A stretch of DNA of 64,000 bases from Octopus vulgaris (taxonomy: Eukaryota): contig OX597824.1 in NCBI GenBank assembly GCA_951406725.2, positions 98,890,001-98,954,000 of the forward strand, written 5' to 3'. Positions 13,593 through 24,543 of this stretch are shown here, in pieces. How positions within the stretch are numbered: the stretch's first letter is position 1; each line of letters begins with the position of its first letter. Below the pieces are notes generated by a model. The model searched no databases. It saw nothing but the letters and a program-made list of their open reading frames with translations, and was not told the origin of the DNA. The position numbers were made by a program, and so were the translations under genes.

Positions 13593-14008
13593 ATATATTT
13601 ACATTATTTACATTTGAGGGATATTTGTCCTCATCTTGTTTATTGTTAACACAATGTTTCGGCTGATATACCCTCCAGCCTTCATCAGGTGTCTTGGGAA
13701 AATTTCGAACCTGGGTTCTCATTCCTAAGGTATTTTTCGATATTATTATTATGACCATGGGCATATGGTGTAGTTGTTAAGAGCATGGGCTACTAACCCC
13801 AAGATTCCGAGTTCGATTCCAGGCAGTGACCTGAATAATAATAATAATAATAAATAATAATGTCGAAAAATACCTTAGGAATGAGAACCCAGGTTTGATA
13901 TTTCCCCAAGACACCTAATGAAGGCTGGAGGGTATATCAGCCGAAACATTGTGTTAACAGTAAGCAAGATGAGGACAAATATCCCTCAAATGCAAATAAT
14001 GTACATAA
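13593..14008. mobile_element. Composite repeat: inverted Penelope-like hammerhead-bearing arms flanking a tRNA-like head
   Basis: Arms ~13593-13750 and ~13835-14008 are reverse complements. Each carries acac-CT(G/A)ATGA-aggctg...cagcc-GAAAC-att-gtgt (13649-13692 on -, 13911-13954 on +). The centre (13759-13832) has A-box-like TGGTGTAGTTGTTAAG and B-box GAGTTCGATTCC. Confidence 0.75.
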
Positions 14009-14094
14009 TTCCTCATCTCTTAAATATAGACTGCTCTGCTTCTTAGAATGTGCTTCTCCAAATTTGTTTTTCTAAAAAAAAATATATATATATA

Positions 14095-14255
14095 GGCGCA
14101 GGAGTGGCTGTGTGGTAAGTAGCTTGCTAACCAACCACATGGTTCCGGGTTCGGTCCCACTGCGTGGCATCTTGGGCAAGTGTCTTCTGCTGTAGCCCCG
14201 GGCCAACCAATGCCTTGTGAGTGGATTTGGTAGACGGAAACTGAAAGAAGCCTGT

Positions 14256-14296
<41 letters not shown>

Positions 14297-14503
14297 GTGT
14301 TTGTGTGTCTGTGTTTGTCCCCTTAGCATTGCTTGACAACCGATGCTGGTGTGTTTACGTCCCCGTCACTTAGCGGTTCGGCAAAAGAGACCGATGGAAT
14401 AAGTACTGGGCTTACAAAAGAATAAGTCCCAGGGTCGATTTGCTCGACTAAAGGCGGTGCTCCAGCATGGCCGCAGTCAAATGACTGAAACAAGTAAAAG
14501 AGT
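14095..14503 (+). mobile_element. Full-length tRNA-derived SINE
   Basis: A-box-like tggctgtgtggtaag, B-box-like ggttcggtccc, central microsatellite and aagtaaaagagt tail. Confidence 0.93.
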
Positions 14504-14524
14504 ATATATATATATATATACATA

Positions 14525-14738
14525 CACACACACTTGCCTATACTAGCATTTATGCAAGGCTGTTATATGTGTGTGCACGCGCGTGTGTATGTATATGTGT
14601 GTGTGTGTGTTATATATATATATATCATCATAGCATCATCATCTAAACGATGATGATGAGATATATATATATATATATAACACACACACATATAACAGCC
14701 TTGCATAAATGCTAGTATAGACAAGTGTGTGTGTATAT
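14525..14738. repeat. Fold-back inverted duplication (~215 bp)
   Basis: cacacttgcctatactagcatttatgcaaggctgttatatgtgtgtg is mirrored with one mismatch. Centre: catcatcatc-taaac-gatgatgatg. Confidence 0.9.
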
Positions 14739-15494
14739 ATATAGATACATATATGTATCACACACACAATAATCTATATATGCACACACACACGTGTGTG
14801 TATGTTTATGTTTTTCAATTGCAAGAGATCAAATGATTTGTCCCACCCAGTTTAACCCTATTAATAATTCCATCATCATAATCATCCAGTCGTTACACCA
14901 GAGGGAGCCAGACAAATCGAATGCGTGGCTATAGAAATATATGTTCCATAAACCAAGCAAATTGTGGATTTAACTGCTTTAATCTGTTTCATCACAATAA
15001 TCCCCGCTAATCTCCACCTTTTTCGTTTCTTTGTGGTATTTCTGCCTCTTGGTTGACCATTTCTAATACTTTGATTACTGCAGAATTAAATAGGAGTATG
15101 GGTGATAGTATTGGTGGTAGGTCAATGAGTGGTGGTGTACCCTAGTGACTTGTTCAGAGACCATCTTCAAATGTTGGAACCTGAAATATTTTCAGGGGTG
15201 TGTGTGTGTAACTTTTGAGATGCAACATTGATAAAGTAGCAGAGATGTGGTGGTGTTCATGTCTTTTTTTTTATTAAACATTAATGATGTTAACCTTGAT
15301 CCAATAGGCCTAAGATCAAAAATGTTCCACACATGACCATCCAGTCTTTTAAGAGGATTTACATTGTACATTGTGGCCTTCATTATTTAAACGACTCCAG
15401 TATGGTTTGGGATAGCATTTGACTGCTGTTTCTAGCAGGACAATGACCTTATAGCAGCTACATTGTTAGTAAGATGAAGTGGAATTAACTTCGT

Positions 15495-15780
15495 CTGGGA
15501 TGGAAAACCAACCAGCTTTATGAGTGAATCTGATAGATAGAAACTGAAAGAAGCCTGTCATATACATGTGTGTGTTTGCCCCCCCACCCAATATTACTTG
15601 ACAATCAGTGTTGGTGTGTTTATGTCCTTGTTACTTGGCAGTTCGGCAAAAGGAGATTGATAGAATAAGCACCAGACTTCGGAAAAAAGAAAAGCGAAGT
15701 ACTAAGGTTGATTTGTTTGCCAATTCTTCAAGGTAGTGCTGCCCCAGCATGGCCGCAGTCTAATGACTGAAAGTAGTAAA
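15495..15780 (+). mobile_element. SINE 3' portion (diverged)
   Basis: gaaactgaaagaagcc...cagcatggccgcagtctaatgactgaaag. Confidence 0.8.
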
Positions 15781-17176
15781 TGTGTGTGTGAGTCAGAAGA
15801 GCTTCCTCTCCAGATCCCATCCTGCTGATGTTTGTTGCTTTTTATAATTAATAAGTTAATTAATCTGATTAACATTTTGTTTACTACAAACACATTGTTT
15901 ACCACTTCCTCAGCATTAATTATTATTTCTGTTGTTGAAAATAATTAGCTGTGGCTCAGCCTTGATTGACTGCACCCCCCCAATCCCCGTTGCCTTCCCC
16001 AACCTTTTTAGGGTTCTGTGCAACTACCTTCTCGTGTAACCTATATTTAAGGTTGTAAGATAGGAGTTAAGAGGGATTTGGGTGTTATTTCTAGCAAGCT
16101 AAGCAACCACATACAGGCACTCATGGCTTATTTGATGTTGCTATGGTAACTCCATTTGGTTGTTTGACTGCTTATACATAAATTATCTCTGCGTTGCTCC
16201 AGCTGGTCTTTACTCTGACAGATTGGACATGTTGGAGTGTCCAGTGTATAGGTATTGGTCTCAGCTCTGAAAGTGACCACAGCCTTGGCTGTTCTGGCAG
16301 TGTTCACCCCCCCCCCCACCACCACCACCACAGCACTGACTGTTCTTAGAGAGCAGGGGTGATGGAAGCTGACGGCATATTTCCCCATCTGCTCCCTTGG
16401 CTGCCCCCCCCCCCCAGTTACCATTATCAACTGCCTCCGTGATTCCCTGTGCCATGTCACTTGTGAAACAAAAGGAAATCACTGGACCAAACCATACTCG
16501 ATCCCTCTCCTACCCACCCATCCGTTATTTGCTCCCCCCCCCGCTTCCTTTATCTTCTGAATCTGATACTTAAGTGAGGAAAGATGTTGTAACTATTGGT
16601 TGTTAATCCATCCCTGTTTTCCCTCCTCAGCTGCCCATCATCACTCTCTCTCTGCTCACTCTTTCATTGATAGCCTTCACCTTGGCTTTATAATACCCAC
16701 ATTCTTCTTTATTTTCTAACATTATTCCCACCCCCACAACCCCCACCACCACCAATCCCTCTCTCCCCAAGTCCCTCATTACTGACATCCATTACACTCT
16801 CTTCTTGCTCACCATTCCTATAACTATCTGATATTCTCTTTTTCCTTTACCTGCAACCATGTTGCTACCATTAGTGCCTCTCTTCCATTACTCTCTCTCT
16901 CCCTTATCATATTCTGTCTTTCATTCTTCTCATTACACCTCTAAGTGCTGTCTCTTCCATCCCTCCTGCTTTTACACCATCATTGTTTGAAGAATTAGGA
17001 GAAATATTACCTTATTTGGAAACAGGTGAAGCTTGGTAGCAGGAGAAGCCTCTGGCCATAAAAAATCTGCCTCAATAAGTTTTGTCTAATCTGTGGATTT
17101 AAGTCAGACAAAACTTAGTGAGAAAATCGAAATGGAAGCAAAGATGGTATTGATGGATGGGTGTGTGTGTGTATTG

Positions 17177-17211
<35 letters not shown>

Positions 17212-17884
17212 CGTGAGCATACACTTGTGATTGTGTGAGTGTTGATTTTGTGTGTCTTCATTAATATTGTTTGAGCAAAAATATTGATGTTTACATTCTG
17301 CAGCGAACAAAAGCTCCCACGTTCTGCCAGTTTTAATGCATCGGGGCCAGTAGAATGTGAAAACATTTTGTTTGAGAAACAAAGGATGGAGAAGGAAGAA
17401 CTTCATTCTGAAGAAAATCTGCCTCCGCAGATCCTGTCTGAGGCCAGCAGAGAGCTTTCTTTGGCTGCTGCATTATTATTATTACATTTGTAAAGACTGT
17501 ATTTTAAGCCAGCATTTTTTAAACTGTGGGTCGCAAGATAGATAAAATTAGTTGTGACAAAAATGTTTGAAAATCTCTGTTTTAACAGGGCTGTGGAGTT
17601 GGAAACAAATAAGGGGTAGCTTGAGTTGGGGTCTGTACCAACTCCCACTTCAAAATATTCTTTAATATGAACCAGTTCTAACCTCTGGGCCGACTCAAAG
17701 TACAAGTGTATGCATATGCTTTATGAGATATGTAGACCACAATCACTTGATTACATAAAGAGGAGTCGGAGGTGCCAACGGTAAAGTTGGGGTCAGAATC
17801 GAAATTTTCTTGTTTCAACTTCCCAGCCCTGGTTTTAACCAACTGGATAAAGAAAGCAATTCTAAAAATTGTGGACCTGCTTAC

Positions 17885-18187
17885 AAAATCAAAATTCAAC
17901 ACCCATGACTTTCAGAAACATTTTTTCACATTCAGAATTACTGAAGCATGGAATAAACTATCCACATCAATTGTTAGCTGTCGGGACACTACATCCTTCA
18001 AAACTTCCATCCTTCCTGAAATTTGCTAACAGTGCACCCGATGGCCCCCATCCCCGTTTTTGTTTTTTAACCACACATTCACTGTTCACTTTCTGTGCAT
18101 TATTCCATGCCCTGCACTTTTGGCTACCTTTTCTAATGAGCTGAACTGCACCTGAGCATGGTATACAATAACTTCATTATTATTATA
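17885..18187 (+). mobile_element. CR1/L2-group LINE 3' fragment
   Basis: HDFQKHFFTFRITEAWNKLSTSIVSCRDTTSFK* followed by a 3' UTR and (TTA)n. Same family as 54014-54345. Confidence 0.8.
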
Positions 18188-18986
18188 TAATTCTGGAAAC
18201 AAAACTTTGAAGAAAATAAAACAAGAATTTGGTAAAATATGACCAGAATTCAAGGTTTGAAATTGTTTGTCATTGTAGGACGTCTGTTACTGTGTCTCTC
18301 CCTCTTTGAACATATTTCAGTGTCGGCTGTCTGTTTGTCTTTTGAAATGTAAAAATGTTGGGGCCATGCTCCCCATAGAAAATCCAGCTCCAAATAAGCC
18401 TCGTGATAGCAAAGGAGAATGGGCACCAGCCAGCCAACCCAAAGGTTGGGGTGGGATGCATCTGCTTACCTCAGTTGCTATGGCAGTGAGGCAGATCTGG
18501 CCACCCCCGTTCACGGGAACAAAACCCAGATTTAAAATACTGAATGATGATGATGATGTAAAACATCTGCAGCAGATTGAAGCTGCTTTTAATGAGTTTG
18601 TGGCATTTGGGTTTGATGCGAGGAGACTTCAACATGGGATAGTACACTAGTCTATTGAAGAGGACTTCCCCCCACATATCTATAGGTGAGGAGGAGGGGA
18701 TAGTCTCATGGAGATTTGAGTGAAGTGTTTGAGGAAGACGAGGGAAGAGATGAGGTGGGTGGAGTGTTGGAAGTTACTATTTCAGGGTAGCTGGGTCCTT
18801 ATTACAATGGTAATGGAAACTGCCAAGAAATGGAACTGGGTCTGGAAGTTAATATTTGTATAAGGGTTGCAATGTGAACCTTTGTTAATCAGTCATGGCT
18901 GATCTTTCTTTTGTCTACATTTTAGAATATTTGATGCATGTGTGTGTTTCATGATGCAAACAGGAAAAATAGAACTCAAAATAAGA

Positions 18987-19049
<63 letters not shown>

Positions 19050-19734
19050 CGTATATATTTTATTAATATTTAGTAGAAGCAACAAAGTAACTGAAGGGCC
19101 AAAGGTTTTGTGTGTTAGCACCTATCAAACTAGTTAGATTGATGGGTTGTAAATTTATACGCCGGTGATAATAGTATTTCTCTTGATAGTTCTGGTGCTG
19201 AAGAGGAGATAACCACTCTGAAATGCATGCATCCAACAGTCTGGTTAGAGAGCACTCATTTGGTGTGTTTACACCTTTCTGTCTACAGTGAGAAATTTCC
19301 TCCATCACAAAATACAGTGAATGGCTATCTTATGAGTTTGAATATACCTCAAGCATATTTAAACTGGCAACAAGCCTCTGTGTGTGTGTGTAATTTTGTG
19401 CATACAATATGACATAAATATATAATGTTGATGTCAACTTATAAACTTCAAGACAGCCTGAAATAATTTCTTTTTGGAACAGTGGATCTTGAAACACATA
19501 CACACATGCATGCATACATACATACATATGCACAGACATACACATGGGTTTCTTTCGGTTTCTATCTACCAAATCCACTTACAAAACTTTGGTTGGCCTA
19601 GGGCTATAAGTGGAAGACACTTTCCCAAAGTGTCATGCTGTGGGACTGAACTGAAGCCTACATGTGTATCTATTATACATGTGAAGGCGACTGAGTGACA
19701 TGCGCCTCCACTCTTGCCACTCAGACAGCCAAGG

Positions 19735-20660
19735 AATTTCATCAGCATGAAGATTTGTCTTTGTATATTTCGGGATCCAGCTGCATTTTGTCACACAGAT
19801 AGCTTTCTATAATTTCAGAGCAGTCTGTCACCCTCCCACTTAGCAAATATTTAAGTTGTTCATTGTAAATTGCCAACACCCATTAGTTTTATGTCCAGCA
19901 AATCCTTTATTAAATGTTTGCAGGTTTGTTTCACTTATTACTCTTGCAGCCAATGAAATAAAGCTTCATTGATTGGCTCCACATTTGTAGCAGCCGAACC
20001 ATCAAAGCGAAAACAGTTCAATTTCATGTGAAACTATTATATTGTAAGGCATCCTAGGACCTGTGTGTCTCATGGTTTTGGTAGAGGTGTCTTTATGCTT
20101 CCGAATGACATCTCTTTTGCAATGGGAGTTTCTTCTCATGATGACAGTAACTATTTGACATTCAGCAGCTCAGAAACAACCTGCGTGTTCTCTAGATGGC
20201 TCCTTATATTCATCAGTGGCAAAATTGAAACTCCAAACTGGCTGCAAACTCCAAGATATACCTGAAACTCCTGACATGGCTGTTCTATACATGGACCATC
20301 TCTTGAAGTTTAAGAAACGAGCCACGTTTTGTGCCTGGTCAGATGGCTTTTCTATTAAGAACTTGTCTCCTTCAGTGCAGCTGCAGAAATCAGGGGCCTT
20401 CATTGTACAAGGGCAGAAGTGAACCAACGTCTTGGGAGATTTGTCCTTCTACTCCAAAAGCTGGCATGATTTCCCCTTAACTGATTATTATGTTGGCTCT
20501 AAAGAAGTCGTTTGTAAAACAGTTATATTTTCTGACATTCTTCAAATAATACATGGATTTCTTAGCCGAGGCATTAAGAAGCTGCTTTGGAGACTCTGAG
20601 GGATCAACAAGAATGGATAGATTAACTTTACCATTGGAACAATACACTACATCTCTCTCT
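19735..20660 (-). mobile_element. Helitron RepHel N-terminal fragment (decayed)
   Basis: Frameshifted segments CSNGKVNL..PKQLL..YLKNVRKYN, MPAFGVEGQISQDVGSLLP..FLQLH, KLQEMVH, KRDVI and ETHRS*DALQY, typical of the Helitron N-terminal region. Confidence 0.75.
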
Positions 20661-21207
20661 TTCTCTCTCTCATATGTCTTAGTCAAACCTTTATCACAAA
20701 TATTGGTCATGGTACTAATTGAAACTATTTTTCAGAAGTGTAGTCATGTCCAGGATCATGGCTGAAGGTACCTCTGTTCTTTGGTTCATGTGTGTATTGA
20801 CAGGGTCTAGTCTCTGCTTGTCATGCCTGGCCTGATACTGTTGTGGGGTTTCATGGCATCTATGTGCTGTCTGTCAGTCTGTCTGTCGAAAGTAAGCCTG
20901 TTGTTCATCAGGTGTCTCCAGTTGTCTATAGACAGCTGGTCTGGTTGCATTGTTTATGGTGAATGTCCCTATTGAGGGAATTCTCTTTGACTTGCCTGTT
21001 GCTTGGTAACATCACTGGTGCTGGTGCCATAAAAAAATAAATAAAAAACATCCAATACATTCTTACACTCTAAAGTGGTTGGCATTTGGAAGGGCATGCA
21101 GGTGTAGAAACCAAAGCAAGCATTGGAGCTAAACCAAATCCTCTAGTTTGTCAGGTTCTGTTGATTCATTCAACCCTTGCCAACATGGAAGCCATTTGAT
21201 GATGATG

Positions 21208-21276
<69 letters not shown>

Positions 21277-21524
21277 CACATAATCCACTTTTTCATGGTT
21301 GTGTGGGTTAGACACAATTCGTTGAGGTAAATTTTCTATGTTTGGATACCTTTTCTGTCAGCAAGCCTCATGCATTTTCAGGTAAGGTAATATACTTCTT
21401 GGTTTCACATATTTCTACAAACAACTGGAAACAAATGACACTGCTTGTATGACAGTGATGCTTGTTTACAACTGTCATGTGATGTCAAGAGTGGGGAGAG
21501 GGGACACACACACACACACACACA

Positions 21525-21681
21525 CAGAGGCTTCTTTCAGTTTCTGTCTACCAAACCCACTCTCCACGTTTTGGTTGGCCTGGGGTTATAGAATACAATT
21601 GCTCAATATGCCATGCAGTGGGACTAAACCTGGAACCATGTGGTCAGGAAAGAAACTTCTTAATTGCACAACCATGCCTGT
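21525..21681 (-). mobile_element. SINE 5' half (a further partial copy lies at ~19545-19655)
   Basis: ggcttctttcagtttc...ggaaccatgtggtc, reverse strand. Confidence 0.8.
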
Positions 21682-21809
21682 GTATATATGTGTGTGTGTG
21701 TGTGTATACACACACATACACATATATTTGAAGCTCCAATACATCTATTGGGTGACACCCAAGCATTCAACTATGAATGTATTGCATCTTACAGCAGAAA
21801 CAGCTGTAA

Positions 21810-21988
21810 TCTAACAAAGTTCCTGACGTAATTCCTCACCTTGCTTTCTTCTTTGCCATTCTTTCTTCTTATTGTTCCAAGTGAAATACCTGGGTACTTC
21901 AACATGTAATGTCTTTGCAAAGTCATCATTGATGCACAATGAAAAGAATTCTGTCAATGTTCTCATGTGTCGTTCATTGACAGCCATG

Positions 21989-22029
<41 letters not shown>

Positions 22030-22230
22030 TCATTATTTCTGAGCAACATTCTTTGTTCATATGGTAGATGAACTTGCAGTCTCACTATTGCAGGTTCTCT
22101 TTCATGAATTGGAAATCCTAAAATGGATGCAACTGGACGGTCCAATATACCTGCCCATTAGATATTGACTATTGTTTATTTGAAAAGCTGCTTTGACACT
22201 CCCTTTCTGTATATACTTGATGATGTACTT
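21810..22230 (-). mobile_element. Helitron Rep (HUH motif 3 and downstream) fragment interrupted by (TA)n
   Basis: KYIIKYIQKGS, YLMGRYIG, ILGFPIHEREPAIVRLQVHLPYEQ and TLTEFFSLC..DDFAKTL..EVPRYFTWN..KKEWQRRKQG. Confidence 0.88.
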
Positions 22231-22370
22231 AACTGACCTCAGTTAAGTGCAGTAGCATTTGAATGCTCTTAAAGGAGTTTAATGTAAGGTACAACCCATT
22301 TGTTTGTTTTTCCATTTTTGTGAGATTCAACTCCTCCCTTGGCAGCTGATCTTCATCGATAAAGAAATGG

Positions 22371-22404
<34 letters not shown>

Positions 22405-22850
22405 TGGTGCTACTTTTAGCATGCATTCTACCACAGTGTCTATAGTCTATGCTGTGAAATGACCTGATTTAAGTTAGGAATAGAGTTCGGATAAGGCTAC
22501 ATGGTGAAGTGTAAATGGCCAAGAGGACTGCACACTAAAGTGGTGCACACATCAAGACTGTTTCTTTATGTAGAGCACTGGTTCCCAAACTGTGGTCCAT
22601 GGACCCTTGGTGGTTCACAAGGGTAGTACTGCAGTAGGGTTTGTGAACTAAATTCAAATTATATATATATATAATATATATAAATCGTGAAGTATATTTG
22701 CTACTTAAATGTGGCTAACCCCTAAGGGTGGATGCTACTGTACCTTGTAGCCCCAGGAGGATACCTCCTCCAGCTGGCTATTGACACACTTTCTGTACCC
22801 TATCAGTATTTGCAAAGGGAAGCCATCCCTCCCGTCTTCAACCTATGATA

Positions 22851-22895
22851 CACACAGACTCGAGTTTCTGGGTATTGACCCTTCATAAGCGTGTG
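22851..22895 (-). ncRNA. Minimal hammerhead motif with one core substitution
   Basis: - strand: cacacg-CTTATGA-agggt-caat-accca-GAAAC-tcga-GTC-tgtgtg. Palindromic stem III ACTCGAGT and GUC triplet. Confidence 0.72.
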
Positions 22896-23144
22896 ACAAT
22901 CACTGGCTGTCGATGAAAAGTAGGCCTCCCTTTGCAAATATATATCCTTTTTCCAGTGACGAAGTAATGTGTAAACAAGGTGTAAACGAGGTAATGGGCT
23001 GAGTAAGTGATATGGATAGACAATTGTTAAGCTCCAGGTTCGGTGATTATGCGAGTGAGGAGTTCAACGTAATATATAAATTTTTTTGTTTAGAATGAGA
23101 TAAAAAAGCCAAGGCTGTGAAGATTTTAGAACATTTATAAATAG

Positions 23145-23192
23145 GTCTTACAGCTGTTTCCAAGATATTTATTATATCCCTTCATCAGAGAC
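23145..23192 (-). ncRNA. Minimal type I hammerhead motif in the left arm of a Penelope-like inverted repeat
   Basis: - strand: gtct-CTGATGA-agggatat-aataa-atatcttg-GAAAC-agct-GTA-agac. Confidence 0.8.
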
Positions 23193-23561
23193 GGTGTGAG
23201 GAAATGGTTTTTCCTGTTTTTTCTTTTCTTCTCTTTTTTTTCCTTTTTTTCTTCTCTTTTCTTTATTCCTCTCTTCCTGTTTTCGATTTGACCTTACAAA
23301 TACATTCCCAATTTTAGGTCCCTTTAAATAAGACCCTTGATTCAATAGCACTCTGTACAAACTCTATACTTGGAATGACCAACTTTAGATACTATTGGAT
23401 TTTACTCACAAGATATTGGAATCTTATATGTATACCATTCTGCCTAAATAATGGGTCTACAAATGCAATATCCCAGCATATCTCACCTCTATTTTCATTC
23501 CTTCACTTCACTCTCTATTTCATATCTTATCTAGAGTAACTATTAACCATTTTCTCACACC

Positions 23562-23609
23562 GTCTCCGATGAAGGGATATAATAAATATCCCGGAAACAG
23601 CTCTAAGAC
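23562..23609 (+). ncRNA. Mutated hammerhead motif in the right arm of the same inverted repeat
   Basis: gtct-CCGATGA-agggatat-aataa-atatcccg-GAAAC-agct-CTA-agac. The core carries U>C and the cleavage triplet G>C. Confidence 0.7.
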
Positions 23610-24004
23610 CTTCTCTTTATAAATGTTCTGAAATCTTTCACAGCCTTGGTTTTTTTATCTCATTCTGAAAGAATATTATATATATACAAACACACACACA
23701 AGGATAAGCATATTAAAAAGGGGCCGTGGGAAAACTCATTTAAATAAAAGGGGCCCTAGTAGAGAAAAAGTTGGGAAGCACTGATGTAGAGAAAAGGTTG
23801 CTTTGACCCTGTTGAAAAGAAGACAGGGGGAAGATAATGGTTAACATTTTTAGTGTTTGTCTTAAACATAATAACTACATAAATTACCAAGTACAGTTGC
23901 TTAGCACCGTTCCACTGGACAATCTGACACAAGAAAAGTATTGGATATGTGTACCTTACAGGTGTATTGTATTGGAAGAGAGAGAGAGAGAGACTTGTTG
24001 TGGT

Positions 24005-24117
24005 GGGACATGACGTATCAATATAAAGTTTTGTGAAACGTGTATGGCGACTGCTTTCTGGTGACCTAATATCTTACAAACTTGTTCGGTGGAAATAACG
24101 ATGAGGGAAACGTAAGT
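24005..24117 (+). promoter_or_regulatory. Candidate proximal promoter and non-coding exon of the dispanin gene
   Basis: CRE-like TGACGT at 24011, TATAAA at 24022-24027, donor GTAAGT at 24112, and an acceptor at 24305 (194-nt intron). Confidence 0.55.
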
Positions 24118-24463
24118 AAACATTGAACTAGGTTAACACTACTGACTTCATATCAGTTGCCCACCGTGGCCACAACTATTACATTCACTTCCTTTTAAAG
24201 ATCTTAGTCATAAAACCTGACTGTTTGCCGTGGAGGGTGGGGTAGTAGTCGTGTGGTTGTGTTTAAGATTAGCAATCAGCTCTTTTCTTCTCTCGTTTAT
24301 TGTAGTTATGTGCCAGGTGTGTATTGACATCATTGTGTAACAAATATATCCAACTGTTCAACAGACTGGCACACATGCTTTTGTTTCACACGTCTTCGAA
24401 TATCTGATATCTTACTATCCTCGTTCTCTCTTCACACGAACTATTACAAACTTAAAGGACAAG

Positions 24464-24543
24464 ATGTCCAATACAGACAACATTGAGGACCAGGGTTCAG
24501 ATGAAAAACCGAAATCTTTAAACAAAAGTTATTCGTTGATAAG
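24464..24543 (+). CDS. CD225/dispanin-family gene, coding exon 1 (MSNTDNIEDQGSDEKPKSLNKSYSLI-R)
   Basis: ATG at 24464 (aagATGt), open to the donor AG|GTAACT at 24544. Its phase-2 end joins in frame to the acceptor at 29946-29947 (AG+A=Arg, then MTTEN). A polypyrimidine/TAG acceptor at 24281-24305 suggests the exon starts at 24306. Confidence 0.75.

Larger units (their letters stand above)
22576..23783. mobile_element. hAT (Charlie-type) MITE enlarged by nested Penelope-like insertions
   Basis: TIRs cactggttcccaa / ttgggaagcactg (11/13 match). Exact 8-bp TSD ATGTAGAG at 22568-22575 and 23784-23791. Confidence 0.85.

Noticed and set aside
13759-13832. Functional tRNA gene
   Set aside because: The acceptor and anticodon stems pair poorly and it is embedded in a repeat, so it is treated as a tRNA-derived head.
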